The notes under the pieces are model-generated. The model searched no databases. It was given only the letters and a program-made list of their open reading frames with translations, and was not told where the DNA came from. From NCBI GenBank assembly GCA_020718925.1, contig DYRC01000003.1, forward strand, positions 1 through 40,246: 40,246 bases of DNA. The letters are read 5' to 3'. The position numbers and the translations under genes were made by a program. Origin of the DNA: Desulfonema limicola (GTDB lineage Bacteria; Desulfobacterota; Desulfobacteria; Desulfobacterales; DYRC01). Of this stretch, positions 17,067-27,609 are shown piece by piece (position 1 is the stretch's first letter; every line of letters starts with the position of its first letter).

Positions 17067-17354
17067 TTATTCAGATTCAATCAACGCCTGAGTAAGTTGT
17101 CTGCGTAATACCTCAAGCCGCTTGGATTTGAATGCTTTTCTGCTTTCATCCAATACTTCGATGGCGTCTCTGATCGCTGTTTTCAGTCTGAGTTCACGAG
17201 AACATAAAACCGGGTGATTTCCAAAACCGTGTTCACCGGATTGCCTCTCCAAAATGGAAGCTATCACACAACGATGTTTTTCAATATCCTGATACAACGA
17301 ATGAATGCTCTCATGAACAGTTCTGAGCATCAGATCGTTTTTGTCCGACTCCAT
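17067..17354 (-). CDS. Small helical hypothetical protein (95 aa) with basic C-terminal helix
   Basis: SD AGGAG and ATG; SRKAFKSKRLEVLRRQL; co-oriented with the iron locus. Confidence 0.7.
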   Translation of the reverse strand: MESDKNDLMLRTVHESIHSLYQDIEKHRCVIASILERQSGEHGFGNHPVLCSRELRLKTAIRDAIEVLDESRKAFKSKRLEVLRRQLTQALIESE

Positions 17355-17374
17355 ATTAATCTCTCCTATTAATA

Positions 17375-17388
17375 TTTGATATATCTAA
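17375..17388. promoter_or_regulatory. Putative DtxR/MntR-family operator at the head of the iron operon
   Basis: TTTGATATATCTAA (reverse complement TTAGATATATCAAA) is a near-palindromic TTAG-N6-CTAA. Confidence 0.55.
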
Positions 17389-17420
17389 CTTTTAAAACAA
17401 AAAAAATATAATTTATGTGT

Positions 17421-17888
17421 TTAATCGGTTTTCTCCGATTTTCGGCTTCTATATTCTTCAAAATGATTGAGACGATCTCCGCCCATCGGACATGTCTGTA
17501 TAAATTCAATGAAATCCGTAAGGCTGTCCAGCGTTGACGGACTGAGCGTATGTTCTATCCTGCACGCGTCTTCATCTGCGGTTCTGAAATCAATTTGCAG
17601 GATTTCAGTCAGAAACTTTCGGATAAGCTCATGGCGTCTCCGCATTTCTCTGCCGATGTCAGCGCCATGCTCCGTCAGTTCCACATATTCGTATTTTTCA
17701 TAGTGAACCAACTTCCGCTCATTCAATGTTTTGAGCATACTGGTAACAGAGGGCATCCTGACCTCCATCCTTTTGGCAATATCCCTGACCCGCACAATCT
17801 TCTGATCTCTGTCAAGGTCATAAATCGCTTCAAGGTAATCTTCCATCACAGATGTAAGAGGCTTCTCTGCCGCATGATCGCTTATCAT
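17421..17888 (-). CDS. DtxR/MntR/IdeR-family metal-dependent repressor (no SH3 domain)
   Basis: MEDYLEAIY, VRVRDIAKRMEV..SVT, RRHELIRKFL, DACRIEH. Confidence 0.92.
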   Translation of the reverse strand: MISDHAAEKPLTSVMEDYLEAIYDLDRDQKIVRVRDIAKRMEVRMPSVTSMLKTLNERKLVHYEKYEYVELTEHGADIGREMRRRHELIRKFLTEILQIDFRTADEDACRIEHTLSPSTLDSLTDFIEFIQTCPMGGDRLNHFEEYRSRKSEKTD

Positions 17889-17903
17889 TCCATTATCCTT
17901 TTG

Positions 17904-17936
17904 TTAAAGCAATCTAATATGATTTCGTCTTCCTAA
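17904..17936. promoter_or_regulatory. Two putative DtxR-family operators upstream of the repressor gene
   Basis: Minus strand TTAGATTGCTTTAA (17904-17917) and TTAGGAAGACGAAA (17923-17936). A minus-strand TTGACA lies at 17957-17962. Confidence 0.45.
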
Positions 17937-18099
17937 TAACCTGCTTTGTTATCTGTTGTCAAGACTTTTTTGCTTATGAAGATCGGAATTTATCCCTGAA
18001 ATCTGTTCAGAGGCTTTTTTAATCATACGGATTATGATATACTGTTTTTCATAAAGAGTCGGATAATCTTGTCAGAAAACGCGAGGAGACACATAACCG

Positions 18100-19164
18100 A
18101 TGTTTATAAAAAAAATGATTCTGGTCATAGCCGCAATGCTATCCGCAACGTATTGTTTTGCCGCAGATTATGAACGGGAAACTCCGGTGGTGAGAGCGGT
18201 GAGAAAAGTCAGTCCATCGGTGGTCAACATCAATACCGAATACACCGCGCAGGCAAGTCCTTTCGGAAAATTAGACCCGTTTTTCGATTTGTTTTTCAAG
18301 GATTTCTTGGAGCCTCTGCCCAAAAGTCAATATAAAGGAACCAGTCTGGGATCGGGCGTGATTATTGACGGAAAGCGCGGGCTGATTCTGACAAACGCGC
18401 ACGTCATTTCCAAAGGCGGCATTATCAAAGTGATTTTAAACGATACCCGCGAATTTCAAGCCAGAGTGGTCGGCGCTGACCCGGATACGGATTTGGCAAT
18501 ACTGAGAATTTCTTCTCCTTCGCCTCTTCCCGCGCTGGAGATGGGCAATTCAGACGATCTGATGATTGGCGAAACCGTATTTGCCATCGGTAATCCCTTC
18601 GGATTTTCCAACACCGTAACCACCGGCGTTATCAGCGCGATAGGACGCAGCATCCGCTCGGATCAGCATGTGTTTCACGATTTTATTCAGACCGATGCCT
18701 CCATCAATCCGGGCAACAGCGGTGGACCTCTGCTCAATATCAAAGGCGAGCTTATCGGCATAAACACGGCGATTTACGCCAAAGCTCAGGGCATCGGATT
18801 TGCCATTCCTATCAGTAAAGCCAAAAAAATCGTAGCAGAACTGGTTCGGCATGGCGAAATGACAGACCGATATGCCGCTCCGGGAACTATCAGCGAAGAT
18901 TTGGGCTGGAAACTGCTGGGCGTCCGGGTGAATGATTCTGATGCTGAAGGCGTGATGATTAAAGAAATCCGCACGGATTCCTATCTTGCACAGGTCGGCG
19001 CCAGACCCGGAGACGTGATTCGGCAGGTTGATGAATTGGGTGTCGCAACCGTGAAAGATTTTGAAACTGCCCTGTATCGCTACCGCCAGAAATCTTCGCT
19101 GGTGCTTTTGTTGCAGCGCGGCTCACGCGGCTATTACATCACTGTTAAAATCAGAGCATCATGA
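18100..19164 (+). CDS. HtrA/DegQ-family periplasmic serine protease with one PDZ domain
   Basis: Signal peptide, GSGVII, TNAHV, DLAIL, IQTDASINPGNSGG and a C-terminal PDZ. Confidence 0.93.
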   Translation: MFIKKMILVIAAMLSATYCFAADYERETPVVRAVRKVSPSVVNINTEYTAQASPFGKLDPFFDLFFKDFLEPLPKSQYKGTSLGSGVIIDGKRGLILTNAHVISKGGIIKVILNDTREFQARVVGADPDTDLAILRISSPSPLPALEMGNSDDLMIGETVFAIGNPFGFSNTVTTGVISAIGRSIRSDQHVFHDFIQTDASINPGNSGGPLLNIKGELIGINTAIYAKAQGIGFAIPISKAKKIVAELVRHGEMTDRYAAPGTISEDLGWKLLGVRVNDSDAEGVMIKEIRTDSYLAQVGARPGDVIRQVDELGVATVKDFETALYRYRQKSSLVLLLQRGSRGYYITVKIRAS

Positions 19165-20081
19165 AACAAAAACGATACCGGGATTTTAACGGCTATTTAA
19201 GAGAAATTTTCGGATGTCGGGTGCAGAAAATCACGGTGGATGCCGGACTGAACTGCCCCAATCGGGACGGAACAATTTCGACCGGCGGCTGTATCTACTG
19301 TAATGCCAAAGGTTCAGGAACCGGCGCGTCTGCCAAAGGATTATCTGTAAAGCAGCAATTGGAAGATGGCAGACTATTTCTATCTCGGAGATACAAAGCA
19401 AATAAGTTCTTAGCATATTTTCAATCTTTTTCAAATACTTATGCGAATATTGAAAAACTGAAAGAACTGTATGACGCCGCGTTGTCCGTAGAAGGCGTTG
19501 TCGGGCTTTGTATCGGCACAAGACCTGATTGCGTAAATGAAGCCGTGTTATCGCTGCTTGAATCTTACAGCAGAAATTATCTGATTTGGATTGAGTACGG
19601 GCTGCAATCTGCCCATGACAAAACCCTTGTCATGCTCAATCGGGGACATGATTTTGCCTGCTTTCAACACGCTGTAAAGGCAACAAAACATAGAAATATC
19701 AGGATTTGCGCCCATGTCATTTTAGGGCTTCCGGGAGAAACAAAGGCGGATATGCTTGACACCGCGCAGAGGGTTGCCGAATCGGAAATTGACGGCGTAA
19801 AGCTTCATCTGCTGTATGTTGTCAAAGGAACGCCGATGGAAACGCTGTATCAGGAGGAAAAATATCGTTGCCTTGAGCAGTCCGAATATGTTGAACTGGT
19901 TTGTGATGTGCTGGAGCGATTGCCTGAAAATATGGTGATTCAGCGATTGACCGGAGATCCGCACCCGGAAGAACTGGTTGCGCCTCAGTGGGCGTTGAAA
20001 AAGGCGCAAACGCTTTCCTTAATTCAGGAAACATTGGAAAAGCGCGATTCATGGCAGGGAAAACGGGGCGCAATCCCCTGA
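19161..20081 (+). CDS. Radical SAM protein, YhcC/TIGR01212-like
   Basis: CPNRDG...GGCIYC, GTRPDC, NRGH, HVILGLPGE, GVKLH. Confidence 0.88.
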   Translation: MKQKRYRDFNGYLREIFGCRVQKITVDAGLNCPNRDGTISTGGCIYCNAKGSGTGASAKGLSVKQQLEDGRLFLSRRYKANKFLAYFQSFSNTYANIEKLKELYDAALSVEGVVGLCIGTRPDCVNEAVLSLLESYSRNYLIWIEYGLQSAHDKTLVMLNRGHDFACFQHAVKATKHRNIRICAHVILGLPGETKADMLDTAQRVAESEIDGVKLHLLYVVKGTPMETLYQEEKYRCLEQSEYVELVCDVLERLPENMVIQRLTGDPHPEELVAPQWALKKAQTLSLIQETLEKRDSWQGKRGAIP

Positions 20082-20110
20082 TTGACTTACAACATCGCTT
20101 CTGTTATGTT
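20082..20110 (+). promoter_or_regulatory. Putative sigma70 promoter
   Basis: TTGACT (20082-20087), 17 nt, TATGTT (20105-20110), with an extended TG. Confidence 0.5.
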
Positions 20111-20159
20111 ATGTTTATGTTGTAAGGCATCTGAAAGCAAAGGGTAAAAAAGAAAACGT

Positions 20160-20858
20160 ATGAATATATTCAAAATATGGATAATCAGCGGATTGTGTTT
20201 TCTGATGATCGGCTGTAGTTATGAAAATTCTCTCCAAAAGCTTGCTCAAAAAAGCCTGACTTATGAAGCTGAATCAAACATGCTGAACGCAGGTATCGGG
20301 AATTATGAAGCCGGTGAATTTGAAAAAGCATCTGAAATTTTTGAGGCGTTAAGCAAAAGTTCTTCGGATGAGTCTGTTCAGCGCAAGGCATTGTACGGAC
20401 TTGTCTGTACCCGGCTGCTGTCGGCTCAGAGTCAGGAAGAATTTGGCGATGCTGTCGTGCTGTGGGAAAATTGGAGCCATATCCGAGGCACTAAACTAGG
20501 CGCGGAAGACCCCCGTATGCTCGCTCCGTTGTTTCATAAAATATTTCCGACACTCCCGGAATCCTGTTCCGAACCAGATGAAAATGACGCGGAAGAGGAG
20601 GATATTGATGAGGAAGCAGAAGAATCCTCGCCGGAACTGCCGAATATGATCGAGTCTTCAAAACCCGATAACACGCAGAAAGAACCCCGCTCCGGCTTAT
20701 GTTCCGGACTTCTCAAAACCAGAGAGAAAGAAATTCAGACCCTGAAAACATCCAATGCCAAAATGAAAAAAGATATTCAACAGCTTAAAGATCAGATCAA
20801 TTCGCTGGAAGCCATTCATCGGAAAATTCAGGAAAAAAAGAAAGAAATTGTGCCGTAA
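20160..20858 (+). CDS. Predicted lipoprotein with TPR-like helices, acidic linker and C-terminal coiled coil
   Basis: Lipobox-like MIGC, acidic stretch and LKDQINSLEAIH coil. Confidence 0.7.
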   Translation: MNIFKIWIISGLCFLMIGCSYENSLQKLAQKSLTYEAESNMLNAGIGNYEAGEFEKASEIFEALSKSSSDESVQRKALYGLVCTRLLSAQSQEEFGDAVVLWENWSHIRGTKLGAEDPRMLAPLFHKIFPTLPESCSEPDENDAEEEDIDEEAEESSPELPNMIESSKPDNTQKEPRSGLCSGLLKTREKEIQTLKTSNAKMKKDIQQLKDQINSLEAIHRKIQEKKKEIVP

Positions 20859-20869
20859 AGGAGTCAGCG

Positions 20870-22216
20870 TTGACACATCAACAAACTATTCTGATCGTAG
20901 ATGATGATCTGCATATTCTGGAGGTGCTGGAAGCCCGGCTCTCATCTGCCGGATTCTGCGTCTTAAAAGCAGCAAGTCCTAAAGAGGCGTTGAATCTCTT
21001 AAAAACGCATCATCCTGATCTGATGATCTCTGATATGAAAATGCCGGATATGAGCGGAATGAGCCTGCTGACGGAGGTTCATTCACTGCACCCCGGTCTG
21101 CCGGTCATTTTTCTGACAGCTTACGGGACAATTCCCGATGCAGTCCGAGCGGTCAAAGCCGGGGCTGTGGAATATTTCACCAAGCCCTTTGACGGACGGG
21201 AACTGATTAAAAAAGTTCAGGATGTTCTCAAAGCCAACGCGATTCCCAAAAAGACCGTTTCAACAGGTCACGGATTTTATCTGGGGCAAAGCCGTGCCAT
21301 GAAAGAACTTTATGAAATGATTGAGCGCGTGGCAGCCAGTGATGTGAATGTGTTGGTTCTGGGAGAAAGCGGGGTCGGAAAAGAGCGGGTAGCCCGACTG
21401 ATTCATGATCAGGGAGTGCGAAAAGACTATCCGTTTGTGGTGGTGGATTGCGGCTCAACACCGACGGGGCTTTTGGAAAGCGAGCTGTTCGGGCATGTCA
21501 AAGGCTCTTTTACCCATGCCATCCGCGATAAAAAAGGATTGATGGAAGCCGCGCATACCGGAACCTTGTTTTTGGATGAAATCGGCAATATTTCATCTGA
21601 AATGCAGGTTCGTCTGCTGAGATTTTTGGAAGACCGCAAAATCCGCAGAATCGGCGATATTCGTGAAATATCGGTGGACTGCCGGGTGATTGCCGCGACC
21701 AATTCCAATCTGGCAGATGAGATCAGGGAGGGAAATTTCAGAGAAGATTTGTATTATCGGCTGCGCGTGGTTTCGCTGACCATTCCGCCTCTTCGGGAAA
21801 GAAAAGAAGATATTCCGGCATTTGCTCAGAATTTTGCCGAAGCATTCTGCAAGAGCAAAGGCATTGCGCCGATAAAACTGCTGCCTGAAACCATTGAGTA
21901 TTTATGCCGCTATCGCTGGCCCGGCAATGTCAGAGAACTTAAAAACGCGCTGGAAGGCGGCATCGTGTTATCTCAGAACGGAGTTTTGCGCTCAGAAGAC
22001 CTGCAACTCGCCAGAATTTCTGAAAATCCGAAATCACCGGAAAATCCTTTTTCTTTGGATGACAGTGAGCGCGACACCATCGTCCGGGCATTGCGCGAGT
22101 CCGGCGGCGTTCAGAAAGATGCGGCGGATCTCTTGGGAATCAGCCGCAGAGCCATTCATTATAAAATCAAAAAATACGGAATAAAAATTTCCGATATTCG
22201 TGCAAACGGGAGGTAG
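20870..22216 (+). CDS. NtrC/AtoC-family response regulator (REC-AAA+-Fis HTH)
   Basis: VDDD, SDMKMP, GESGVGKE, ESELFGH, LFLDEIG, WPGNVREL and C-terminal HTH; TTG start with SD AAGGAG. Confidence 0.93.
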   Translation: MTHQQTILIVDDDLHILEVLEARLSSAGFCVLKAASPKEALNLLKTHHPDLMISDMKMPDMSGMSLLTEVHSLHPGLPVIFLTAYGTIPDAVRAVKAGAVEYFTKPFDGRELIKKVQDVLKANAIPKKTVSTGHGFYLGQSRAMKELYEMIERVAASDVNVLVLGESGVGKERVARLIHDQGVRKDYPFVVVDCGSTPTGLLESELFGHVKGSFTHAIRDKKGLMEAAHTGTLFLDEIGNISSEMQVRLLRFLEDRKIRRIGDIREISVDCRVIAATNSNLADEIREGNFREDLYYRLRVVSLTIPPLRERKEDIPAFAQNFAEAFCKSKGIAPIKLLPETIEYLCRYRWPGNVRELKNALEGGIVLSQNGVLRSEDLQLARISENPKSPENPFSLDDSERDTIVRALRESGGVQKDAADLLGISRRAIHYKIKKYGIKISDIRANGR

Positions 22217-22218
22217 TT

Positions 22219-22746
22219 ATGTTCAAAGAAGACAGAGACGAATGTACGTTTTCATGGGCTGATATGGGAGATATTCAACTGGGCAGACCCAATCTGGGAG
22301 ACATGACCTCGGTAACCGTGTATCGTCTGATGCAATACACGCTCCGGGATGTGCTTATCCGCCGATTTGATCCGGTAACTGCCGGAGAAATTTTCTATGA
22401 AGCCGGAAAGCTTGCCGGAACAGAATTTTGCAAAAATGTCTTAAAGACAGATGTTGACTTCAACGAATTTGTCGCACAGATACAAAAAGTCCTTAAAGAC
22501 CTTCGCATCGGTATTTTCAAGGTGGAAAAAGCCGACCTTGAGCGGTTAAATCTGACGATTACCGTTGACGAAGACCTTGACTGTTCAGGACTTCCCTTAA
22601 GCGACGAGACGGTCTGCGACTATGACGAAGGCTTTATTGCCGGCGTTTTGGAAGCATATACCGGGAAAGCCTTTGACGTAAAAGAGACAGACTGCTGGGC
22701 TATGGGAGGACGTACCTGTCGCTTTGAAGCCAAAAAGAAAATTTGA
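22219..22746 (+). CDS. V4R (4-vinyl reductase) domain protein
   Basis: EDLDCSG...CDYDEGFIAG...ETDCWAMG...CRF. Confidence 0.85.
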   Translation: MFKEDRDECTFSWADMGDIQLGRPNLGDMTSVTVYRLMQYTLRDVLIRRFDPVTAGEIFYEAGKLAGTEFCKNVLKTDVDFNEFVAQIQKVLKDLRIGIFKVEKADLERLNLTITVDEDLDCSGLPLSDETVCDYDEGFIAGVLEAYTGKAFDVKETDCWAMGGRTCRFEAKKKI

Positions 22747-22757
22747 TTTTTTTTTTG

Positions 22758-22928
22758 CTATCCCTGTTTTAAGACACAGATTCGCTTTTCCTGCTCGCCT
22801 TTTCTACGGCGAATCACGGTGCAAAGACCGGGTTGTGAGGGGGTTGATTCTTTTTCCTGACACCTGAAACTGTTTTCAAACATTTCCTTCAGTTTTTCTT
22901 CCAGACTTCTTTTCTTTTCCGCATCCAT
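22758..22928 (-). CDS. Small hypothetical protein (56 aa)
   Basis: ATG at 22928 with a GAGG SD; basic VIRRRKG motif. Confidence 0.4.
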   Translation of the reverse strand: MDAEKKRSLEEKLKEMFENSFRCQEKESTPSQPGLCTVIRRRKGEQEKRICVLKQG

Positions 22929-23071
22929 TCTTAACCTCACGGCTTATAATCTGATTTTTGCGATACCCTGTATTTTCAACTTTGTCAATGATTTTTTTTA
23001 TCTTTCCGAAAAAATGCCATAAAAATAATGTCAGACAGGCAAAAATTATACAACGGAGGGGAAAGGCGAGA

Positions 23072-23152
23072 GCTTTCTTTGATGCCTTCCCATGCTGTGG
23101 CAATCTCTTTCAGCGCACCTTCCGGTGTGTCTGAGAACGCCGAAATTTTCAA
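23072..23152 (-). pseudogene. HicB-like antitoxin gene fragment
   Basis: The peptide ISAFSDTPEGALKEIATAWEGIKES resembles the HicB core (SAFGDTPEEAL). There is no proper start, and it abuts a REP-like element. Confidence 0.5.
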
Positions 23153-23294
23153 ATCCGAAGGATTGATATGATTATAGAGAATATGCAGGGTGCGGAACAG
23201 AATCCCGAAGGGATGATATACATATTTCACCCTTCGGGGTTTCCGATCATTTTGAAATTACGGATTTCTATAATCATCACACCCCTTCGGGGTT
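23151..23294. repeat. REP-doublet/REPIN-like nested inverted repeat
   Basis: Four CC-GAA-GG / CC-TTC-GG mini-hairpins. Outer arms 23151-23180 and 23265-23294 (ATGATTATAGA/TCTATAATCAT); inner arms 23201-23220 and 23223-23241. Confidence 0.75.
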
Positions 23295-23311
23295 AAAATT
23301 CAACAAGCTTA

Positions 23312-25720
23312 TCAGTTCAGAGGAACTCTCGACTCAATCCGCTCTTCTTTTATCGAAAGTATCTCTGCCGGCATGTCATTTTTCTGAAACAGGCTTTGGT
23401 CTTTTTCCACAATCAGCGCGTAGGACAACACTTCGTCCATGTGTTCCACCATCGTAATTTCAATCTGCTTTGAAATCATGACCGGAATATCTTTCAAATC
23501 CTTCTCATTTTCTTTGGGAATGAGAACTTTTTTGATTCCGCCCCGATGCGCGGCTAAAATTTTCTCTTTCAACCCCCCAATAGGTAAAACCCTGCCTCTG
23601 AGCGTAATTTCGCCGGTCATGGCAATATCCCGGCGCACCGGTCTTTTGCTGATGGCAGATACAATGGAGGTACACATGGTGATTCCCGCAGATGGACCGT
23701 CTTTAGGAATCGCGCCTTCCGGAACATGGATGTGAATGTCATATTCTTTATGAAAATCCCTGTCAATTTTGAGCGCGTCAGAGCGGGATCGGACATAGCT
23801 CACCGCAGCCTGCGCGGATTCTTTCATCACCTCGCCCAATTTGCCGGTAACCATCAGCGTTCCCTTGCCGGGCATAATCAGCGTTTCAATGCTCAACAAC
23901 TCTCCGCCGACCTGAGTCCACGCCAGCCCGGTAACCAGCCCAATCTGATCTTTTTGCTCAATCTGCCCATGCCTGAACTGAATCGGTCCCAGATGCTTCT
24001 GCGCTGTTTTCTCACTAATCGGAAAAGGTTTCGGCGTACCTTTTTGCCTGTCTTTCAAAGCTTCCCGCGCCACCTTCCGGCATATTGAAGAAATTTCGCG
24101 CTCCAAGTTTCTCACGCCGGCTTCGCGGGTATAATTTTGAATGACCTTATAAATGGAGCCTTTGGAAAACGTGATATTTACGTCCTGAAGCCCGTTCTGC
24201 GTAATCTGCTTAGGAATAAGGAACTTTTTAGCAATGTGATATTTCTCATATTCGGTATAGCCGGACAGACGAATCACTTCCATTCTGTCCTGTAACGGAA
24301 GCGGAATATCCAGAGTGTTAGCAGTGGTAATGAACAAAATATCACTCAGATCATAATCCATGTCCATATAGTGATCATTGAATGCGATATTCTGCTCAGG
24401 ATCAAGCACTTCTAAGAGCGCGGCAGACGGATCGCCTCTGAAATCCATGCTCATCTTATCCACTTCATCCAAACAGAACACCGGATTATTCACACCTGCT
24501 TTTTTCAAGGATTGAATAATCTTGCCCGGCATAGCGCCGATATAAGTGCGCCGATGTCCCCGGATTTCCGCCTCATCCCGAACTCCGCCCAGAGAAATCC
24601 GCACGAATTTTCTGCCCGTAGCTCTCGCTACAGATTTGGCAATAGAAGTTTTGCCCACACCCGGCGGACCTACCAGACACAGAATCGGTCCCCGCACTTT
24701 TTTGGTCAATCCCTGAACTGCCAGATATTCCAGAATCCGCTCTTTAGGTTTTTCCAATCCGTAATGGTCTTCGTTAAGAATTTTTTCAGCAATTTCAATA
24801 TCATCATGAACCTTGCTTTTTTCAAACCACGGCAGGGTGATGATCCAGTCAATATAATTGCGGACAACGGTTGACTCTGCGGACATAGGCGGCATCAGTT
24901 TGAGTTTTTTCATCTCATGGTGAACTTTGTGAACCGCCTCTTTTGACATGCGCTTGCGCCGAATGCGTTTTTCAAGTTCTTTGTTCTCGTCAACGCTTTC
25001 TTCCTCTGCCCCCATTTCCTTTTTGATCGCCCGGATCTGCTCAGACAGATAATAATTTTTCTGCGCCTTATCCATCTGCTCTTTGACCCGGACTTTGACG
25101 CGCTGATCCACCTGAAACACTTCGATTTCCATACGGATCATGCTGACAAGTTCCGTCAGCCGTTCCGCCGGAGATAAGGTTTCAAGCAATCGCTGCTTGT
25201 CTTCAAGCTTGAATCCGAAATGCGCGCACACCGCATCTGACAATTGCGATGGATTTGACATCGCAGTCAGGTTGTTCATCAGTTCTTTGGACAGATTTTT
25301 GTTGACTTTTGCATATTCTTCCAGTGCTTCCAACACGGATCGGGATATGGCGATGGACTCTGACGGCAATGTTTCAGGTTCCCTCAGCAATTCGATTTCC
25401 GCATGAAAGAACTCGCGGTTCGGGATAAATCCGACAATCCTGCCGCGGGCTTTTCCTTCCACCAACGCCTTTACTGTTCCGTCGGGAAGTCTGAGCAGTT
25501 GAAGCACCGTGCCGATAGTACCGACCGCGCTGACATCTTTTTCCTGTGGTTCGTCAACGCCTGCGCTTTTCTGCGTGGCAAGAAAAACATGCTTATCGTT
25601 ATTCATGGCGGTTGCAAGCGCCTTGACCGATCTCGGACGCCCGACAAACAGCGGCGCTACCATGTGAGGAAAAACAACAATGTCCCTGAGCGGCAGCAAG
25701 GGCAGGGTAAAGCGTGCCAT
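23312..25720 (-). CDS. lon: ATP-dependent Lon protease
   Basis: [40 protein letters not shown]. Confidence 0.97.
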   Translation of the reverse strand: MARFTLPLLPLRDIVVFPHMVAPLFVGRPRSVKALATAMNNDKHVFLATQKSAGVDEPQEKDVSAVGTIGTVLQLLRLPDGTVKALVEGKARGRIVGFIPNREFFHAEIELLREPETLPSESIAISRSVLEALEEYAKVNKNLSKELMNNLTAMSNPSQLSDAVCAHFGFKLEDKQRLLETLSPAERLTELVSMIRMEIEVFQVDQRVKVRVKEQMDKAQKNYYLSEQIRAIKKEMGAEEESVDENKELEKRIRRKRMSKEAVHKVHHEMKKLKLMPPMSAESTVVRNYIDWIITLPWFEKSKVHDDIEIAEKILNEDHYGLEKPKERILEYLAVQGLTKKVRGPILCLVGPPGVGKTSIAKSVARATGRKFVRISLGGVRDEAEIRGHRRTYIGAMPGKIIQSLKKAGVNNPVFCLDEVDKMSMDFRGDPSAALLEVLDPEQNIAFNDHYMDMDYDLSDILFITTANTLDIPLPLQDRMEVIRLSGYTEYEKYHIAKKFLIPKQITQNGLQDVNITFSKGSIYKVIQNYTREAGVRNLEREISSICRKVAREALKDRQKGTPKPFPISEKTAQKHLGPIQFRHGQIEQKDQIGLVTGLAWTQVGGELLSIETLIMPGKGTLMVTGKLGEVMKESAQAAVSYVRSRSDALKIDRDFHKEYDIHIHVPEGAIPKDGPSAGITMCTSIVSAISKRPVRRDIAMTGEITLRGRVLPIGGLKEKILAAHRGGIKKVLIPKENEKDLKDIPVMISKQIEITMVEHMDEVLSYALIVEKDQSLFQKNDMPAEILSIKEERIESRVPLN

Positions 25721-25732
25721 TATCTCAATCCT

Positions 25733-26983
25733 TTATGCTTGCTTTTTAACTTGTTCATATAACAGAATCGGCTCTTCTTTGTTCACAATCACATCTTCGC
25801 CGATAACACATTCTTTCACATTTTCCAAAGAAGGAAGATCATACATAATATCAAGCATGGCGGTTTCCAACACCGCCCGCAGTCCTCTTGCACCGGATTT
25901 GCGCTTCAACGCCTCTTTGGCAGCAGCTAAGAGCGCGCTGTCCGTAAATCTCAGATTCACGCCTTCCATTTCAAAAAGCCGCTGAAACTGCTTGACCAAG
26001 GCGTTTTTGGGTTCTTTCAGAATGCGGATCAGCGTTGATTCGGTCAGTTCATCCAAGGTGGCAACCACCGGCAGACGCCCCAGAAATTCGGGAATCAGAC
26101 CGAATCGGATAAGGTCTTCGGGCTGAACCTGTCTTAAAATTTCACCCATTGTTTTTTCTTCAGGCTTGATCACCTTTGCGCCAAAGCCCATGACCTTATC
26201 CCCCAGACGGCGCTGAATGATTTTATCCAGATGGTTGAAGGTTCCGCCGCAGATAAACAGAATATTGCTGGTGTCCACCTTGATAAAATCCTGCTGGGGA
26301 TGCTTTCTGCCGCCTTTGGGCGGGACGCTTGCATGAGTTCCTTCAATGATTTTCAGCAAAGCCTGCTGAACGCCTTCGCCGGACACATCGCGGGTAATGG
26401 AGGGATTATCGCCTCTTGAGGCAATCTTGTCAATTTCATCAATATAGACAATGCCCCGCTGCGCCTTTTCAGCATCATAATCCGCGTTCTGAAGCAATGC
26501 CAGAATGATATTTTCCACATCCTCGCCCACATAACCGGCTTCGGTCAGCGTGGTGGCGTCAGCAATGGTGAACGGCACATTGAGAAACCGCGCAAGGGTC
26601 TGGGCAAGCAGCGTTTTTCCCGATCCCGTAGGACCGATGAGCAGAATATTGCTTTTCTGAAGTTCCACGCCTGCCGGAGAGGTGTTGAGTTTGGAATCCA
26701 ACCGCTTGTAATGATTATACACGGCTACGGAAAGCACTTTTTTGGCATATTCCTGCTCGATCACATAATCATCGAGCATTGTCTTGATTTCTCTGGGAAT
26801 AATGTTGACTTCCGCACCGGAAGCGTCTTTTCCGTTTTCTTCGGTAATAATCTCGCCGCACAACTGAATGCACTCATCGCAGATATATACCGCAGGACCT
26901 GCAATCAGTTTTTTGACGTCATTCTGGTTTTTGCCGCAGAACGAGCAGTAGAGATTGTCAATTTCATCTTTTTTTTTGGACAT
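25733..26983 (-). CDS. clpX: ClpX ATPase
   Basis: CSFCGK...CDEC zinc finger, [22 protein letters not shown]. Confidence 0.98.
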   Translation of the reverse strand: MSKKKDEIDNLYCSFCGKNQNDVKKLIAGPAVYICDECIQLCGEIITEENGKDASGAEVNIIPREIKTMLDDYVIEQEYAKKVLSVAVYNHYKRLDSKLNTSPAGVELQKSNILLIGPTGSGKTLLAQTLARFLNVPFTIADATTLTEAGYVGEDVENIILALLQNADYDAEKAQRGIVYIDEIDKIASRGDNPSITRDVSGEGVQQALLKIIEGTHASVPPKGGRKHPQQDFIKVDTSNILFICGGTFNHLDKIIQRRLGDKVMGFGAKVIKPEEKTMGEILRQVQPEDLIRFGLIPEFLGRLPVVATLDELTESTLIRILKEPKNALVKQFQRLFEMEGVNLRFTDSALLAAAKEALKRKSGARGLRAVLETAMLDIMYDLPSLENVKECVIGEDVIVNKEEPILLYEQVKKQA

Positions 26984-27598
26984 CTAAGCCTCCGCCTGAA
27001 CGATTTTTTCAAGATCGTCGCGGTTTGCCATGACGTGATCCACAAGTCCGTACTGTCTGGCATCTTCGCCGGACATAAAAAAATCACGATCCGTATCTGT
27101 CTGAATCTGCTCCAGACTCTGAGAGGTATGATCCGCCAGAATCTTATTCAGCGACTCTCTCATCCGAAGAATTTCTTTTGCCTGAATCGCAATATCAGAC
27201 GCCTGCCCGTAAGAGCCGCCCATCGGCTGATGAATCATAATCCGGGAATGGGGCAGGGAATAGCGTTTGCCTTTGGTTCCTGCCGCAAGCAATATTGCGC
27301 CCATGCTCGCTGCCTGACCGATGCACAAGGTGGTGATATCCGGCTTGATATACTGCATGGTGTCATATATTGCAAGCCCTGCGGTAACACTGCCGCCCGG
27401 AGAATTGATATATATATTGATGTCTTTTTCCGGATCTTCGGATTCCAGAAACAACAGTTGGGCAATCAGCAGATTTGCAACATAGTCATCTATGGGCGTT
27501 CCCAGAAAAATGATTCTGTCTTTAAGAAGCCGCGAATAAATATCATAGGCACGCTCGCCCCTGCTGCTTTGTTCGATTACAATAGGTATGACCGGCAC
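26984..27598 (-). CDS. clpP: ClpP peptidase
   Basis: [31 protein letters not shown] start with SD. Confidence 0.98.
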   Translation of the reverse strand: MPVIPIVIEQSSRGERAYDIYSRLLKDRIIFLGTPIDDYVANLLIAQLLFLESEDPEKDINIYINSPGGSVTAGLAIYDTMQYIKPDITTLCIGQAASMGAILLAAGTKGKRYSLPHSRIMIHQPMGGSYGQASDIAIQAKEILRMRESLNKILADHTSQSLEQIQTDTDRDFFMSGEDARQYGLVDHVMANRDDLEKIVQAEA

Positions 27599-27609
27599 AG
27601 TTCTTCTCC

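Noticed and set aside
22940..22950. 11-nt match (CGGCTTATAAT) to the scaffold-proximal part of IscB spacer 1
   Set aside because: Too short, mismatched at the final guide base, and plausible by chance in 40 kb.
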